Position numbers and translations under genes: made by a program
NCBI GenBank assembly: GCA_963663035.1
Contig: OY760074.1
Span: forward strand, 3,104,001-3,168,000
From: Acidobacteriota bacterium
GTDB lineage: Bacteria > Acidobacteriota > UBA6911 > RPQK01 > JADFOI01
DNA: 64,000 nucleotides
Direction of reading: 5' to 3'
The notes under the pieces: model-generated
Databases searched by the model: none
What the model was told of the DNA's origin: nothing
The model's input: the letters and a program-made list of their open reading frames with translations, nothing else
In this document: positions 1 through 10,367 of the stretch, piece after piece
Position numbering within the stretch: the stretch's first letter is position 1
Layout: each line of letters begins with the position of its first letter

Positions 1-590
1 ACAGCCAGATTCATCGTCTCCTCTGAGTCGACCATGCTGTTGGTGTCGATCCCATCGGTCAGTGCGATGACCGCTTTCTTCCCTTCGACATCCGCCAGAA
101 GATCGTCAAAGGTCACGTACAGAGCATCGTTGAAAACCGTGGAGCCCTTGGCGTAAATAGTTCCCAAGGCCAGTTCGACCTTCTCGATTTCATTGGTCCA
201 GTTCAGAATGAGCCGTGGAGCATCGTTGAAGGCGATGATGGCCACTCTATCCTCGCTGCTCAGGCTGCTTGCAAATCCCAGGGCAGCACGCTGGATCTCC
301 CCCTGGGCCTCACGGGTGCTCCCACTGATATCGATCAGTAAAACAACGTTTACCGGTACTCCTTCACTGTAAAAGTTGAGGATTTCTTGTTTGACTCCAT
401 TCTCATACACCTGAAGATCTCCCTGAGTCAGACCGCTGACGAATCCTCCCGTGGCCGAACGGGCATTGACTGAAAGAAAGACTTGATTGACCGCCACTCC
501 AATTCTAAAGCCCTCATCTTCCTGGGCCTGGCTGGATTCCTGCGGCTGACCAGAGAAGAGACCCAAAAGTAATAATGAAAGTGTCAACAT
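1..590 (-). CDS. VWA (von Willebrand factor A) domain protein, secreted, acidobacterial VWFA-related type; runs off the window edge
   Basis: Not in the ORF track; translated by hand from ATG at 590 (RBS GAGGTG): MLTLSLLLLGLFSG signal peptide, VVLLIDISGS (MIDAS DxSxS), AIIAFND, KKAVIALTDGIDT. Confidence 0.85.
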   Translation of the reverse strand, partial: MLTLSLLLLGLFSGQPQESSQAQEDEGFRIGVAVNQVFLSVNARSATGGFVSGLTQGDLQVYENGVKQEILNFYSEGVPVNVVLLIDISGSTREAQGEIQRAALGFASSLSSEDRVAIIAFNDAPRLILNWTNEIEKVELALGTIYAKGSTVFNDALYVTFDDLLADVEGKKAVIALTDGIDTNSMVDSEETMNLA

Positions 591-648
591 TTCTCACCTC
601 GACAACGCTGTTCAGAAAAGATTATATAGCACTTTCGCGGGGAATTTT

Positions 649-1560
649 GTGGCAAGCGAAATTAGCGTCTCGAATATCAAGCTTCTCTTGACCCCAGGGT
701 CCTTTGGGATTTGCCTTGCCATTGCCTATCTTTCTGTTCACTCGGGAATGGTTCTTCTCGGCTGGCGGCGCGCGAAAAGCCCCGGGCGCATCCTTCTCAC
801 CAATCTGTTGTTGAGTGGCTGCTTTGCAGTTCTGCTGCTAGGAGCGACTTCAGAATGGCCCGGCTCGGGATGGCTGCGTTTCCTGCGGCTGTGGTCTCCT
901 CTGATTTTCTTTTGGTGGGCTTACCTATGGGCAGGGCACACCCTCCACTTATTCTATCCTCCCGAAGTATCCTTTGACTCAGTCATCATTCGCTGGGAAG
1001 AGCGATTCCTGGGTCAGCCTAGTCTGTGGTGGGCAAGAAATGGCTCACCCTGGCTCACCGAGGTTCTGCATTTTTTCTACGCCAGCTATTATCTCTACAC
1101 CCCTGTTCTGGGTATCTGCCTTTATGCCCAAGGGCGATTTAATGAGTTTGAAGCAATGACCTTTGCGGTCATGTTGGGTTATACAGTCTGCTATAGCCTC
1201 TCTGCAATTTTCCCGGTCTGGGGTCCACGTTGGGCCCTGGTGGCAACAGGACTCCTGGAGGTCTCTCAGCAGAAACCGCGTGGATACTGGGTCACCCGCT
1301 CAATCAACTTCATTATGTATGGAGGAACGGCCCACAAAGGGGCTGCCATGCCCAGCGGGCACAGCGCCACTGCGGTGGTCTTTCTCCTCTGGTGTTACTA
1401 TCTGTGGGGACCCTGGGTAGGAATCCCGGCCAGCATTGTCGTCCTCGGTATGTGGGTGGGTTCAGTTTACGGTCGCTATCACTATATTGCCGACATTCTG
1501 TGTGGGGCGGTTCTGGGAGCACTCAGCGTCTGGTTTGCCGACTGGTTTATTCTCATATGA
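649..1560 (+). CDS. PAP2-superfamily membrane phosphatase/phosphotransferase (Aur1/IPC-synthase-like)
   Basis: Multi-TM protein with AMPSGH and YGRYHYIADI catalytic motifs, and FPVWGPR. Confidence 0.8.
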   Translation: MASEISVSNIKLLLTPGSFGICLAIAYLSVHSGMVLLGWRRAKSPGRILLTNLLLSGCFAVLLLGATSEWPGSGWLRFLRLWSPLIFFWWAYLWAGHTLHLFYPPEVSFDSVIIRWEERFLGQPSLWWARNGSPWLTEVLHFFYASYYLYTPVLGICLYAQGRFNEFEAMTFAVMLGYTVCYSLSAIFPVWGPRWALVATGLLEVSQQKPRGYWVTRSINFIMYGGTAHKGAAMPSGHSATAVVFLLWCYYLWGPWVGIPASIVVLGMWVGSVYGRYHYIADILCGAVLGALSVWFADWFILI

Positions 1561-1567
1561 GGTGACG

Positions 1568-3133
1568 ATGGCTTCAAAAAAACGCTACGTGAAGATCATG
1601 CTACGGGGTGAGATCATTGAAGATCACCCCCAGTTTTCACTCTTCGGCCACAAACACCAACTCAGCCTGCCCCTCCTCTTGAAACTCATTCAAGCCGCTC
1701 GACGCCACAAACGTGTCGAAGCCCTGCTGCTGCTGCTGAAAAACGTTTCCATCGGATGGGGAGGAATCCAGGAAATCCATCATGAGCTCGAGCGCTTTCA
1801 CGCGGCGGGAAAAAGCTCACTGGCCTATTTAGAGACAGCTGACAACAAAAGCTACTTTCTGGCCTGTGGAGCCCAGCAAGTATATCTCCCTCCCTCAGCG
1901 AGCTTGGATCTGGTCGGCCTGAGAGCTGAACAGTTCTTTCTCAAAAACCTCCTCGACTATTTGGGTGTCGAACCGCAGATGTTTAGCTTGGGAAAGTACA
2001 AGTCAGCGGCTGAAATCTTCACCCGGGAGAGCATGTCCAAGGCCCATCGCTCCATGCTGGACTCCATCTTGACTGATCTCCAGGGGCAGCTGGCAGAAAA
2101 GGTCGCCGCCCGCAGCGGCATCACCCCCCAACAGGTACAGCAGTGGATCGACCAGGGGCCCTACACAGCCCGTCAGGCAGCTGAGAAAGGGCTGATCGAC
2201 GGCTGCCGCTATGAAGATGAAGTCGAAGAGCTTCTGAAAGGGCCTGAGGCAGCGCTTCGCGAGCTTCCCCAAGCCAAACTGCACGTGAGAGAGGGCTTAT
2301 TCAAAAGATGGCTCACATTCTACCGGCCCCAGATTGCTTACCTGGTGGCCGAAGGTGTCCTGACCACAGGTGCGCCCCAGCGACGGGGAGGCCAGCGGCC
2401 CACTCTGGATCTTGAAAGCTTAATCCAGTTTCTTCGTGACGCTCGCAAGCGCAAACGCGTGAAGGCTGTGGTTGTTCGAGTCAATAGTCCTGGGGGTTCA
2501 GCTATGGCTTCTGATCTTATCCACAGAGAGATTCGACTCACTGACCAGAAAAAGCCGGTGATCGTCTCGTTTGGGGATGTGGCAGCTAGTGGTGGTTATT
2601 ATTTGGCCACAGCGGCCCGGGGAATCCTGGGAATGCCCGCCACCTTGACGGGTTCCATCGGAGTCATTTCTGGAAAATTTAATGTCCAAGGGCTCCTCTC
2701 CAAGCTCGGCGTCAAAGTGGAGGGGTTGGACAAAGGCAAAAGAGCAGGCTATTTATCCCCCACGCGTTCATTTTCTGAAGAGGAAGCCCAAGTGATTCAA
2801 GACCAGATGCGGGAGTTCTATGAAGAAATGTTCCTCAAGAAGGTAGCCGAGAGCCGAAAGAAGTCGTTGGAGGCAGTGCGCAAATTGGCTGAGGGCCGGG
2901 TCTGGACAGGTGCGCAGGCCCTGGAGAACGGGTTGCTGGATGAAATGGGCGGGCTGGTCCAAGCCGTGGAGAGAGCCCAAAGAGAAGCTGGACTGGCGAA
3001 GGGAAAAAAGGTGAGGTTGGTGCGCTACTTCAGGCGACGCAGCTTACGAGATCTGTTTCCGTTCCCTCTACCCGGCGGTCTCCTGGACAATCACGTCCTG
3101 GCTCTGATGGCTGATGATCTGAATATCCATTAA
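1568..3133 (+). CDS. sppA: Signal peptide peptidase SppA (S49, tandem-domain type)
   Basis: GKYKSAAE, RVNSPGGS, AASGGYY, TGSIGV, GRVWTGAQA motifs; start moved to ATG 1568 behind RBS GAGGTG. Confidence 0.9.
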   Translation: MASKKRYVKIMLRGEIIEDHPQFSLFGHKHQLSLPLLLKLIQAARRHKRVEALLLLLKNVSIGWGGIQEIHHELERFHAAGKSSLAYLETADNKSYFLACGAQQVYLPPSASLDLVGLRAEQFFLKNLLDYLGVEPQMFSLGKYKSAAEIFTRESMSKAHRSMLDSILTDLQGQLAEKVAARSGITPQQVQQWIDQGPYTARQAAEKGLIDGCRYEDEVEELLKGPEAALRELPQAKLHVREGLFKRWLTFYRPQIAYLVAEGVLTTGAPQRRGGQRPTLDLESLIQFLRDARKRKRVKAVVVRVNSPGGSAMASDLIHREIRLTDQKKPVIVSFGDVAASGGYYLATAARGILGMPATLTGSIGVISGKFNVQGLLSKLGVKVEGLDKGKRAGYLSPTRSFSEEEAQVIQDQMREFYEEMFLKKVAESRKKSLEAVRKLAEGRVWTGAQALENGLLDEMGGLVQAVERAQREAGLAKGKKVRLVRYFRRRSLRDLFPFPLPGGLLDNHVLALMADDLNIH

Positions 3134-3591
3134 TCAACTGATTCTTCTTTGGTCTTCTCCACTAACCGAATCTCGCCAATAGCCATTTCCTTATCCACCG
3201 ACTTGCACATGTCGTAAAGAGTGAGGGCCGCCACTGACACGGCTGTCAGCGCTTCCATCTCCACGCCTGTGGCCCCTCGGCAACTCACCTGGCTGCGAAC
3301 GAGAAATCCCCCTTCCTGGAGCTCAATCTGGACATCGACAAAATCCAGGTTCAAATTGTGGCACAGAGGTATCAGTTGGCTGGTTTGCTTTGCAGCATGA
3401 ATTCCGGCCAATCTCGCCACTTCGAAAGGATTCCCCTTGGGAAGACCTGCATTGCGAATCACTTCCCCGGTTTGAGGCGAGAAGAAAAGCTGGCATTCAG
3501 CGGTGGCCCGGCGGCGGACCGTTGCTTTGCCTCCCACATCCACCATCTTGGCACGACCTCGTTTATCTACGTGACTCAGTTTGGTCTTCAT
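3130..3591 (-). CDS. moaC: Cyclic pyranopterin monophosphate synthase MoaC
   Basis: MVDVGGK, LIPLCH, TGVEMEALTAVSVAALTLYDMCK. Confidence 0.95.
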   Translation of the reverse strand: MKTKLSHVDKRGRAKMVDVGGKATVRRRATAECQLFFSPQTGEVIRNAGLPKGNPFEVARLAGIHAAKQTSQLIPLCHNLNLDFVDVQIELQEGGFLVRSQVSCRGATGVEMEALTAVSVAALTLYDMCKSVDKEMAIGEIRLVEKTKEESVD

Positions 3592-4804
3592 TTCCTTCAT
3601 GAAAGTCATTATCTAACAAAACCACTTCAACCCGTTGGCCGGCCTCAAGGCACTGCACCTCCGCTTCCATGATGATGAGCGAGTTGGCCGCGGAGAAAGC
3701 AACCAGATCAGCCGAGCCCTTCGTTTCGATGGGCTCCACCCTGAACTTGTCACCCGCCCAGAATGTCCGTGCCTGCTTGAAGAACTTCCTCCCCGGTTTT
3801 TGACTGGTCTGGGTCATCAGCTCTCCCCAAACTCTCTGCAGGCAATGGGTTGGAAAACCCATCCAACGACGAACTGCCGGCCGCACAAAGAGTTCAAATG
3901 TGACAAAGGCAGACACGGGATTACCCGGGAGGCCAAAAATCAGATGATCGCCTTTTCGCCCCACCACAATGGGTTTTCCCGGCTTGATGGCCGCTTTATG
4001 CAAAAAAATGCTGACCCCCTCTTTTGTCAATGCCTGATGAACATAATCGAATTCGCCCATGGAGACACCACCGCTGAGGAGCAGAAGGTCATACTGAAAC
4101 CCTTGGGACACCGCTTCCTGTGTGCGCTCGGGGTCGTCCGGCGTCACCGGAAAAACGGTGACATCCAATCCAAGCTGATGACACTGCGCCCACAATGAAT
4201 AGGCGTTAGAGTTGCGAATCTGACCAAAGGCGGGTTTCTTCTCCACCTCGATAATCTCATCACCAGTGGGAATCACGGCCACAGTGGGCGCTGCGTATAC
4301 TTCCACCTCCCCCTGGCCAAAGGTTGCCAGGACGCCTATCTCTGCAGCTCCCAGCACTCTCCCCCTGGCCAGGACCGTATCTCCCTGGCGCACTTCATTT
4401 CCTTTCGGTGCCAGGTTCGCTCCCTTGACCACCGCCTCAAGCAACTCCACTTTCTCGGCACCCATGGAACGGGTTTTTTCTATCATTTGCACCGCATCGG
4501 CTCCTGGTGGCACTGCCGCTCCAGTCATGATCTGGACTGCTTGCCCCGCCTTGACTTCAGGCTGGCTCTGACTGCCAGCTGCCACCGTCCCGATGACCTC
4601 TAGTTGCACCGGAGCTGCAGCCACGTCCTGGCTGCGCACGGCATACCCGTCTACAAAGGATTTCTTGAAAGGAGGCAGGTCATGGTCGGCCACCAGGGGA
4701 TGGGCCAAAACGCGACCCAAACTCTTCTGCAAAGGTACACGAATCGCTCTCGGCTCTGGAACCCGTGTGAGAAGTTCTTGGAGTGCTTCTTCGTAGGTTA
4801 GCAT
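3563..4804 (-). CDS. moeA: Molybdopterin molybdotransferase MoeA
   Basis: DGYAVR, IMTGAAVP, PTGDE, SGGVSMGEFD, KPGKP, GLPGNPVS. Confidence 0.95.
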   Translation of the reverse strand: MLTYEEALQELLTRVPEPRAIRVPLQKSLGRVLAHPLVADHDLPPFKKSFVDGYAVRSQDVAAAPVQLEVIGTVAAGSQSQPEVKAGQAVQIMTGAAVPPGADAVQMIEKTRSMGAEKVELLEAVVKGANLAPKGNEVRQGDTVLARGRVLGAAEIGVLATFGQGEVEVYAAPTVAVIPTGDEIIEVEKKPAFGQIRNSNAYSLWAQCHQLGLDVTVFPVTPDDPERTQEAVSQGFQYDLLLLSGGVSMGEFDYVHQALTKEGVSIFLHKAAIKPGKPIVVGRKGDHLIFGLPGNPVSAFVTFELFVRPAVRRWMGFPTHCLQRVWGELMTQTSQKPGRKFFKQARTFWAGDKFRVEPIETKGSADLVAFSAANSLIIMEAEVQCLEAGQRVEVVLLDNDFHEGNEDQTESRR

Positions 4805-4830
4805 TTGGCTTCGCGGTGCCCGCGGGCTAA

Positions 4831-5037
4831 GCCCGGATTATGCATAGGTTCCCGTCATGAAGCGCCGGAAGCGCCGACCTGGCCAGGCGCGCGAGGGGTA
4901 CCCGCCACGGGTCGACCCCCGCAAACGTACTCTTGAGTACGTTGAGGAGGCCGAGGGGTACCCGCTTGCGGGTCGCGTAACGCAGTCAGGTCGGATGATT
5001 TCGGCGCTGCAGTAGAGAATTTATGCATAACCCGGGC
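4831..5037. repeat. Structured palindromic repeat, family A copy 1 (MITE/REP-like)
   Basis: 16-bp terminal inverted repeat GCCCGGATTATGCATA / TATGCATAACCCGGGC (1 mismatch), TAA on both flanks, nested internal stems; 45 nt identical to 50753-50797. Confidence 0.8.
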
Positions 5038-6641
5038 TAAATCACAATGGTTTCCTGGTGTTCTCCAAAAACATCCCTCATGGCATCAGCAATTTCTCCC
5101 ACCGTAGCGTAGACCTCCACGGCTTCAATCACGACGGGCATGAGATTGGATCGCCCCTGAGCGGCTCGGCGTATCTTCTCCAAAGCCGCGTCGACCTGAC
5201 CGGAGTCCCGTCGGTCTCGCAGTCTCTTGAGTCTGCCGATCTGCTCCTTTTCGACTTCAGGGTCAATGCGCAGCCTTTCTATGGGGGACTCTTCTTGACT
5301 CTCGAAGCGGTTGACCCCGACCATGATCTCCTCACCCGACTCCAGGCGTGCCTGCTGCTCATAGGCAGCTTCCTGGATCTCTCTTTGAACGTACCCGGAC
5401 TCAATGGCTTGGAGCATCCCGCCCAAGGAGTGAATCTTTTCCAGGTAAGTTTCCGCCTGATCTTCCAGATCCTTTGTCAGCTTTTCAACAAACCAGCTGC
5501 CACCCAAGGGGTCGACCACTTCCGGAACGCCGCTCTCATAGGCCAGAATTTGCTGAGTCCTGAGAGCCAATAGCGCGGCTTCTTCTGTGGGTAGGCCCAA
5601 AGCCTCGTCCATGGAATTGGTATGGAGTGACTGGGCTCCTCCCAGCACTGCCGAAAGGGCTTGGAGGGCCACCCGCACCACGTTGTTTTCGGGGTCTCGC
5701 CCACTGAGAGTGCTTCCTGCCGTCTGAGCGTGAAAGCGCAACATCCAAGACTTTGGGCTGCGCGCGCCCAACCGCTCTCGCATCAGACGCGCCCACAGGC
5801 GACGGGCGGCCCTGAACTTAGCCACCTCCTCAAAAAAGGTTCTGTGTGCGTTGAAGAAAAACGAGAGCCGAGAAGCGAACTCGTCGACTTCCAGACCGGC
5901 CTGGACAGCAGCGTGAACATAGGTTGCTCCATTGGCAAGGGTAAAAGCGATCTCCTGGGCTGCAGTGCAGCCGGCTTCTCGGATATGATAGCCGCTGATT
6001 GAAGCGGTGTTCCAGTGAGGCACATTCGTGCTGCAAAAGGAAAAAATGTCAGTGGTGATTCGCAGCGATGGCTGGGGAGGATAAATGTATGTACCTCGGG
6101 CGATGTATTCCTTAAGGATATCGTTTTGAACTGTGCCCCGAAGCGATTTCCATTCTCCCTTTTGCTTTCGGGCCACGACCAGATACATCGCTAGCAATAT
6201 GCACGCAGTCGCATTAATGGTCATGGAAGTCGATACCTCTGCCAGTGGAATCCCCTTGAACAACCGTTCCAGATCCTCAAGGCTGTCGATGGCAACCCCC
6301 ACCTTCCCGACTTCTCCTGCGGCCAGCAGGTGATCCGAATCGAGCCCAAGCTGGGTGGGGAGATCAAAAGCCACCGACAATCCTGTTGCGCCCTGAGAGC
6401 GCAGGAAATGATAGCGGCGGTTGGAGGCTTCAGGAGTCGCGAATCCGGCATACTGCCGCATCGTCCACAGACGCTTGCGGTACATCTGGGGGTAGATTCC
6501 CCGGGTGAAGGGATACTCCCCCGCTTCTCCCAAATCCTGCTTGTACTCGAGAGCCGCCGTGTCTTCAGGCCGGTAGGCGATCTTCGTGCGGCTCTTCGTC
6601 TGTTTGGATGGGGACCCTCGGCCTTGGGAGCTGATTTCCAC
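5037..6641 (-). CDS. Methylmalonyl-CoA mutase, substrate-binding (N-terminal) subunit
   Basis: [17 protein letters not shown] (Tyr) and [12 protein letters not shown] (Arg) match the methylmalonyl-CoA rather than isobutyryl-CoA specificity residues; [10 protein letters not shown]; no B12-binding domain. Confidence 0.9.
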   Translation of the reverse strand: MEISSQGRGSPSKQTKSRTKIAYRPEDTAALEYKQDLGEAGEYPFTRGIYPQMYRKRLWTMRQYAGFATPEASNRRYHFLRSQGATGLSVAFDLPTQLGLDSDHLLAAGEVGKVGVAIDSLEDLERLFKGIPLAEVSTSMTINATACILLAMYLVVARKQKGEWKSLRGTVQNDILKEYIARGTYIYPPQPSLRITTDIFSFCSTNVPHWNTASISGYHIREAGCTAAQEIAFTLANGATYVHAAVQAGLEVDEFASRLSFFFNAHRTFFEEVAKFRAARRLWARLMRERLGARSPKSWMLRFHAQTAGSTLSGRDPENNVVRVALQALSAVLGGAQSLHTNSMDEALGLPTEEAALLALRTQQILAYESGVPEVVDPLGGSWFVEKLTKDLEDQAETYLEKIHSLGGMLQAIESGYVQREIQEAAYEQQARLESGEEIMVGVNRFESQEESPIERLRIDPEVEKEQIGRLKRLRDRRDSGQVDAALEKIRRAAQGRSNLMPVVIEAVEVYATVGEIADAMRDVFGEHQETIVI

Positions 6642-6719
6642 TTTACATCAGGTCGGAGTTTGATATCATGAATTTAAGGATGAATTCGGATATTAGCAGA
6701 GCGAAGGCACCTGATTCAA

Positions 6720-6980
6720 ATGCAGGCTGAGGAACTCAAAGGCCATCGGAAGAAACTGGAAAAGGCCATCAATCAGGCCCTCACCGAATCGCCCCCCATC
6801 AATGCAGCCATCGAGTCGATCCGCGAAGTTGGTTACGATGTCTTCTTAATTGTTGAAGCTACCATCGGTTTCAACCGCAGAGAGGAGTCCTCCTCACCCC
6901 CAAAACAGCCAGCGGTCCGCCTCAAGCTGAGCACCCACGACCAGAAGTTCCTCAAGTCTCTCAAGATCGCCACCGAGTAG
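6720..6980 (+). CDS. Small conserved hypothetical protein (acidobacterial-type)
   Basis: 86-aa ORF filling the gap; pattern GYDVFLIVEATIG...DQKFLKSLKI recalled from acidobacterial hypothetical proteins. Confidence 0.65.
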   Translation: MQAEELKGHRKKLEKAINQALTESPPINAAIESIREVGYDVFLIVEATIGFNRREESSSPPKQPAVRLKLSTHDQKFLKSLKIATE

Positions 6981-7033
6981 ATCCCAGGAACTCAATCCTA
7001 GGCAGGGGAAAAGAAAGACCCGCAGGTAGGGAC

Positions 7034-8080
7034 TCATGGCTCCACCCGGATGTGTGTTTCCTTGAAATGGGAAACACGTCCGACCTGCTGCCCCAAGAAC
7101 CCTTCCGCTCGGAGCTCCTCGGCTAATTGCTTTGCCTCCTCTTCAGGCAGGCTGATGAGCAGCCCCCCCGAAGTCTGAGGGTCCAACATGATCTGCTGAC
7201 GAAGCGAGGAAACGCCGTTCCAGACAACTGACTGGCCGACATAACGACGATTCGACTCAATGCCCCCGGGAAGCATCCCCTGCTTCGCCAGCTTTTCAGT
7301 TCCCCTCATCACGGGGACCTCGTCTGCACTGAAGATCAGTGTCATCCCGCTTCCCTGGGCCATCTCATACGCATGGCCGATAAGACCATAGCCTGTGACA
7401 TCGGTGACAGAGTGAATGGGGAAGTTCTCCATTCGGTCGCGGGCTTTGGCATTCAATTTCAGCATCCACTCAATTGCCTCCTGGGCGATCTCATCAGAAG
7501 TTTTTTCAAACTTGATTCCGGAGGTAATAATCCCCGTTCCCAGCGGTTTGGTCAGCAACAGGGCGTCACCGGGCTGGGCGGCACTGTTGCTGTAGATTTT
7601 CTGTGGATTGACCAAGCCTGACACGCAGTAACCAAATTTGATTTCCGGATCTTTAACAGAATGCCCTCCAATGACCGCAACCTGGGCCTCATTCATCTTC
7701 TCACTGCCTCCACGCAAGATTTCATGCAGAACTTCCGCCTCCAGTTTGTCGCTGGGGAAACACACGATGGAAAGCGCAAAGCGGGGGATTCCCCCCATGG
7801 CATAGACATCGCTCAGCGAGTTGGCGGCCGCAATTTGGCCGTAGAGGAACGGGTCATCGACAACGGGCGTGAAAAAATCCACGGTCTGGACAAGTGCATT
7901 CTGGTCATCCAGACGGTAGACTCCGGCGTCGTCGGCTTTCTCAAAGCCTACCAGCACATTGGAATCTTTAAAAACGTTGATCTCAGCTAGAGCTCTCTGC
8001 AACACCTCCGGTGCCAGTTTGGAGGCTCAGCCGGCACAGTCAACCAGCTCTGTCAAACGCTTCTTTCTGCGGAACAGCAT
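7034..8080 (-). CDS. selD: Selenide, water dikinase SelD, selenocysteine-containing (in-frame UGA at 8027-8029)
   Basis: Extends upstream of the track ORF: MLFRRKKRLTELVDCAG-U-ASKLAPEVL; DDAGVY, TVDFFTP, ANSLSDVYAMGG, GGHS, DVTGYGL, DPQTSGGLL. Confidence 0.93.
7997..8017 (-). promoter_or_regulatory. Putative bacterial SECIS hairpin of selD
   Basis: CUG-GCACC-GGA-GGUGU-UG-CAG stem-loop with a G-starting loop about 18 nt downstream of the UGA. Confidence 0.6.
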
Positions 8081-8127
8081 CCACTCATTATACTTGAACC
8101 ATCCCAACCTGAAACCCCACTCGCTCC

Positions 8128-8145
8128 TTAGCCGGGATTATGCAG
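8128..8145 (+). repeat. Solo terminal fragment of repeat family A
   Basis: TTAGCCGGGATTATGCAG resembles the left end at 4828-4845 (TAAGCCCGGATTATGCAT). Confidence 0.45.
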
Positions 8146-8183
8146 TCTTTTGTCAGCTGTCAGTTGTCGTATAATCATTAACC

Positions 8184-10034
8184 GTGACACAGACCCATTA
8201 CGACGTGATCGTCATTGGCGGGGGGCACGCAGGCTGTGAGGCTGCCGTAGCGGCGGCGCGCATGGGAGCCAAGACAGGCCTGTTCACCCTCAATCTGAAA
8301 ATGATTGCGCAGATGTCTTGCAATCCCTCAATCGGAGGCATTGCCAAAGGGCATCTGGTCCGGGAGATCGACGCCTTGGGCGGTGTCATGGCTCAGGTTG
8401 CCGACCGCACTGCTATCCAGTTTCGCCTCCTCAACCGCAGTCGAGGTCCGGCCGTCCAGGCCCCGCGCGCGCAATGCGATAAGGAACTCTACCGAAAGGA
8501 GATGCAGGGGCTTCTTCGCGAACAGACCGGTCTGACCCTTGAGCAACTCGAAGTAGCGGCCATTGTTCGCGAAAAGAATCGGGTGGTTGCAATCGAGACC
8601 GCTCAGGGGCAGCGCATCAACTGCAGCGCCCTCATTCTCACCACAGGAACCTTTCTAAACGGTCTGTGCCACATGGGCGGCCACAAGTTTGTGGCTGGCC
8701 GGTCGGGAGAAAAATCCTCCCTTCAGCTCGCCGAGTCGATTCTGAGCATTGGCTTTCAGATGGGCCGCTTGAAAACCGGCACCCCTCCCCGCGTGGAACG
8801 TGACAGCGTCGACTTTTCCTCTCTGGAACCTCAGGCCGGGGATAAACTGCCCACCTTTTTCTCGTTCAGCAGTAAGGACGTTGCCCAGCCACAGGTGAAC
8901 TGCTGGATCACCTATACCAACGAGCGGGTTCACAAAGTTATCCGCGACAATCTGCACCGAAGTCCTCTCTATGGCGGAGAAATTGTAGGCATTGGGCCAC
9001 GCTACTGCCCCTCAATCGAGGACAAGATTGTCAAGTTCTCTGATCGAAGCCAACACCAACTTTTCCTGGAGCCGGAAAGCCTCAGCTCCAACACCATATA
9101 CATTAATGGTCTCTCCACGAGCATGCCCTTGGATGTGCAGCGTGCCATGCTCGATCAGATCCAAGGCCTTCAACAGGCCGTGATCGTCCGTCCCGGCTAC
9201 GCCGTAGAGTACGACTTTGTCCAGCCCAGCCAACTGCATGCCACACTGGAAGCCAAACAGGTGGATGGACTTTTCCTGGCAGGCCAGATTAACGGCACGA
9301 CAGGGTACGAGGAAGCGGCCGCTCAAGGCCTCATCGCCGGCATAAACGCCGCCTTAAAGGTTTCCCGCCGGGAGCCGCTCGTGTTGGGCCGCTCGCAGTC
9401 CTATATCGGCATTTTACTCGATGACTTGGTCACCCACGGCGTCGATGAACCCTACCGAATGTTCACATCGCGTGCGGAGTATCGGCTTCTGCTTCGGATC
9501 GATAATGCGGATCGGCGGCTGATGCCGCATGGTTTCCGCCTGGGCCTGGTTCCTAAGGACACCTACCAGCGCTTTCAAGGAAAATGGGCCCGAATTGATC
9601 GTGCATCTAACCTCTTTAGAAACAATCGCTTAAAAAGAGACCAGCCATTCTTTGAGAGGCTCCATCGAAAGTTCGGGTTGGAGGCAGGAGTCCCACTCGA
9701 GCAGATTCTGAAGCGGCCTGAAGTCCAGATCGAGGATCTGAGCGGGGTCTTGGCGGAGAGCGGGTTGGAATTGAGCCGAGAAGAAAGCCACGTCGTTGAA
9801 ACACACATCAAATATGAAGGCTACATCCTCCAACAGATGCGCGACGTCAAGCGCTTACAGTCACTTGAAAGCCGCCCTATTCCTTCCGACTTCAAATACG
9901 AAGGGGTCGCCGGGCTTTCGCGCGAGGTCGTGGAGCGCCTCGCTCAGGTCAAGCCGGATACCCTGGGTCAAGCCTCCAGAGTTCCCGGCATCACTCCTGC
10001 CGCAATATCCATCCTGAGCATCCATCTGCCCTAA
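8184..10034 (+). CDS. mnmG: tRNA uridine-5-carboxymethylaminomethyl(34) synthesis enzyme MnmG (GidA)
   Basis: [70 protein letters not shown]. Confidence 0.97.
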   Translation: MTQTHYDVIVIGGGHAGCEAAVAAARMGAKTGLFTLNLKMIAQMSCNPSIGGIAKGHLVREIDALGGVMAQVADRTAIQFRLLNRSRGPAVQAPRAQCDKELYRKEMQGLLREQTGLTLEQLEVAAIVREKNRVVAIETAQGQRINCSALILTTGTFLNGLCHMGGHKFVAGRSGEKSSLQLAESILSIGFQMGRLKTGTPPRVERDSVDFSSLEPQAGDKLPTFFSFSSKDVAQPQVNCWITYTNERVHKVIRDNLHRSPLYGGEIVGIGPRYCPSIEDKIVKFSDRSQHQLFLEPESLSSNTIYINGLSTSMPLDVQRAMLDQIQGLQQAVIVRPGYAVEYDFVQPSQLHATLEAKQVDGLFLAGQINGTTGYEEAAAQGLIAGINAALKVSRREPLVLGRSQSYIGILLDDLVTHGVDEPYRMFTSRAEYRLLLRIDNADRRLMPHGFRLGLVPKDTYQRFQGKWARIDRASNLFRNNRLKRDQPFFERLHRKFGLEAGVPLEQILKRPEVQIEDLSGVLAESGLELSREESHVVETHIKYEGYILQQMRDVKRLQSLESRPIPSDFKYEGVAGLSREVVERLAQVKPDTLGQASRVPGITPAAISILSIHLP

Positions 10035-10096
10035 AGCGGGTGTCCGGGAAGGCCAAGCTCTTCGTTCTCCGCGCCCTTCGATCCTCGACGTAGCAT

Positions 10097-10258
10097 AGTA
10101 CTCACTTTGATAAATACGATAGCGTTTGTTGGGAGCGCGACGGAGCCCAGGTCGAGGCGCGACGACGAGTCGATGTCAGGGACACCGGCGAGGAGAAGCA
10201 ACAAAGAAATGGGCCCGTCCCGTCCCCACCCTTCGGGCGGATGGGGCTTGTGCGGCCT
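10097..10258 (+). repeat. Truncated, diverged copy of repeat family B
   Basis: Aligns to the reverse complement of 59424-59699: ATAAATACG.TA.CGTTTGT.G.GAGCGCGACGG and CAAAGAAAT...CCGTCCCG.C.CCACCCTTCGGGC.GATGGGG. Confidence 0.75.
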
Positions 10259-10323
10259 TGATCTTGACCTTCCTGAACACCCGCCACCGAAATGAAAAAG
10301 CTTCTGGTCTCTTCCGGGTGCGA

Positions 10324-10339
10324 TGTTTCACGTGAAACG
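10324..10339. promoter_or_regulatory. parS: parS centromere site
   Basis: TGTTTCACGTGAAACG, 15/16 match to the consensus TGTTTCACGTGAAACA, immediately upstream of parA. Confidence 0.92.
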
Positions 10340-10367
10340 TCGGCGGCGCATGCTATCTTACGCCCCG

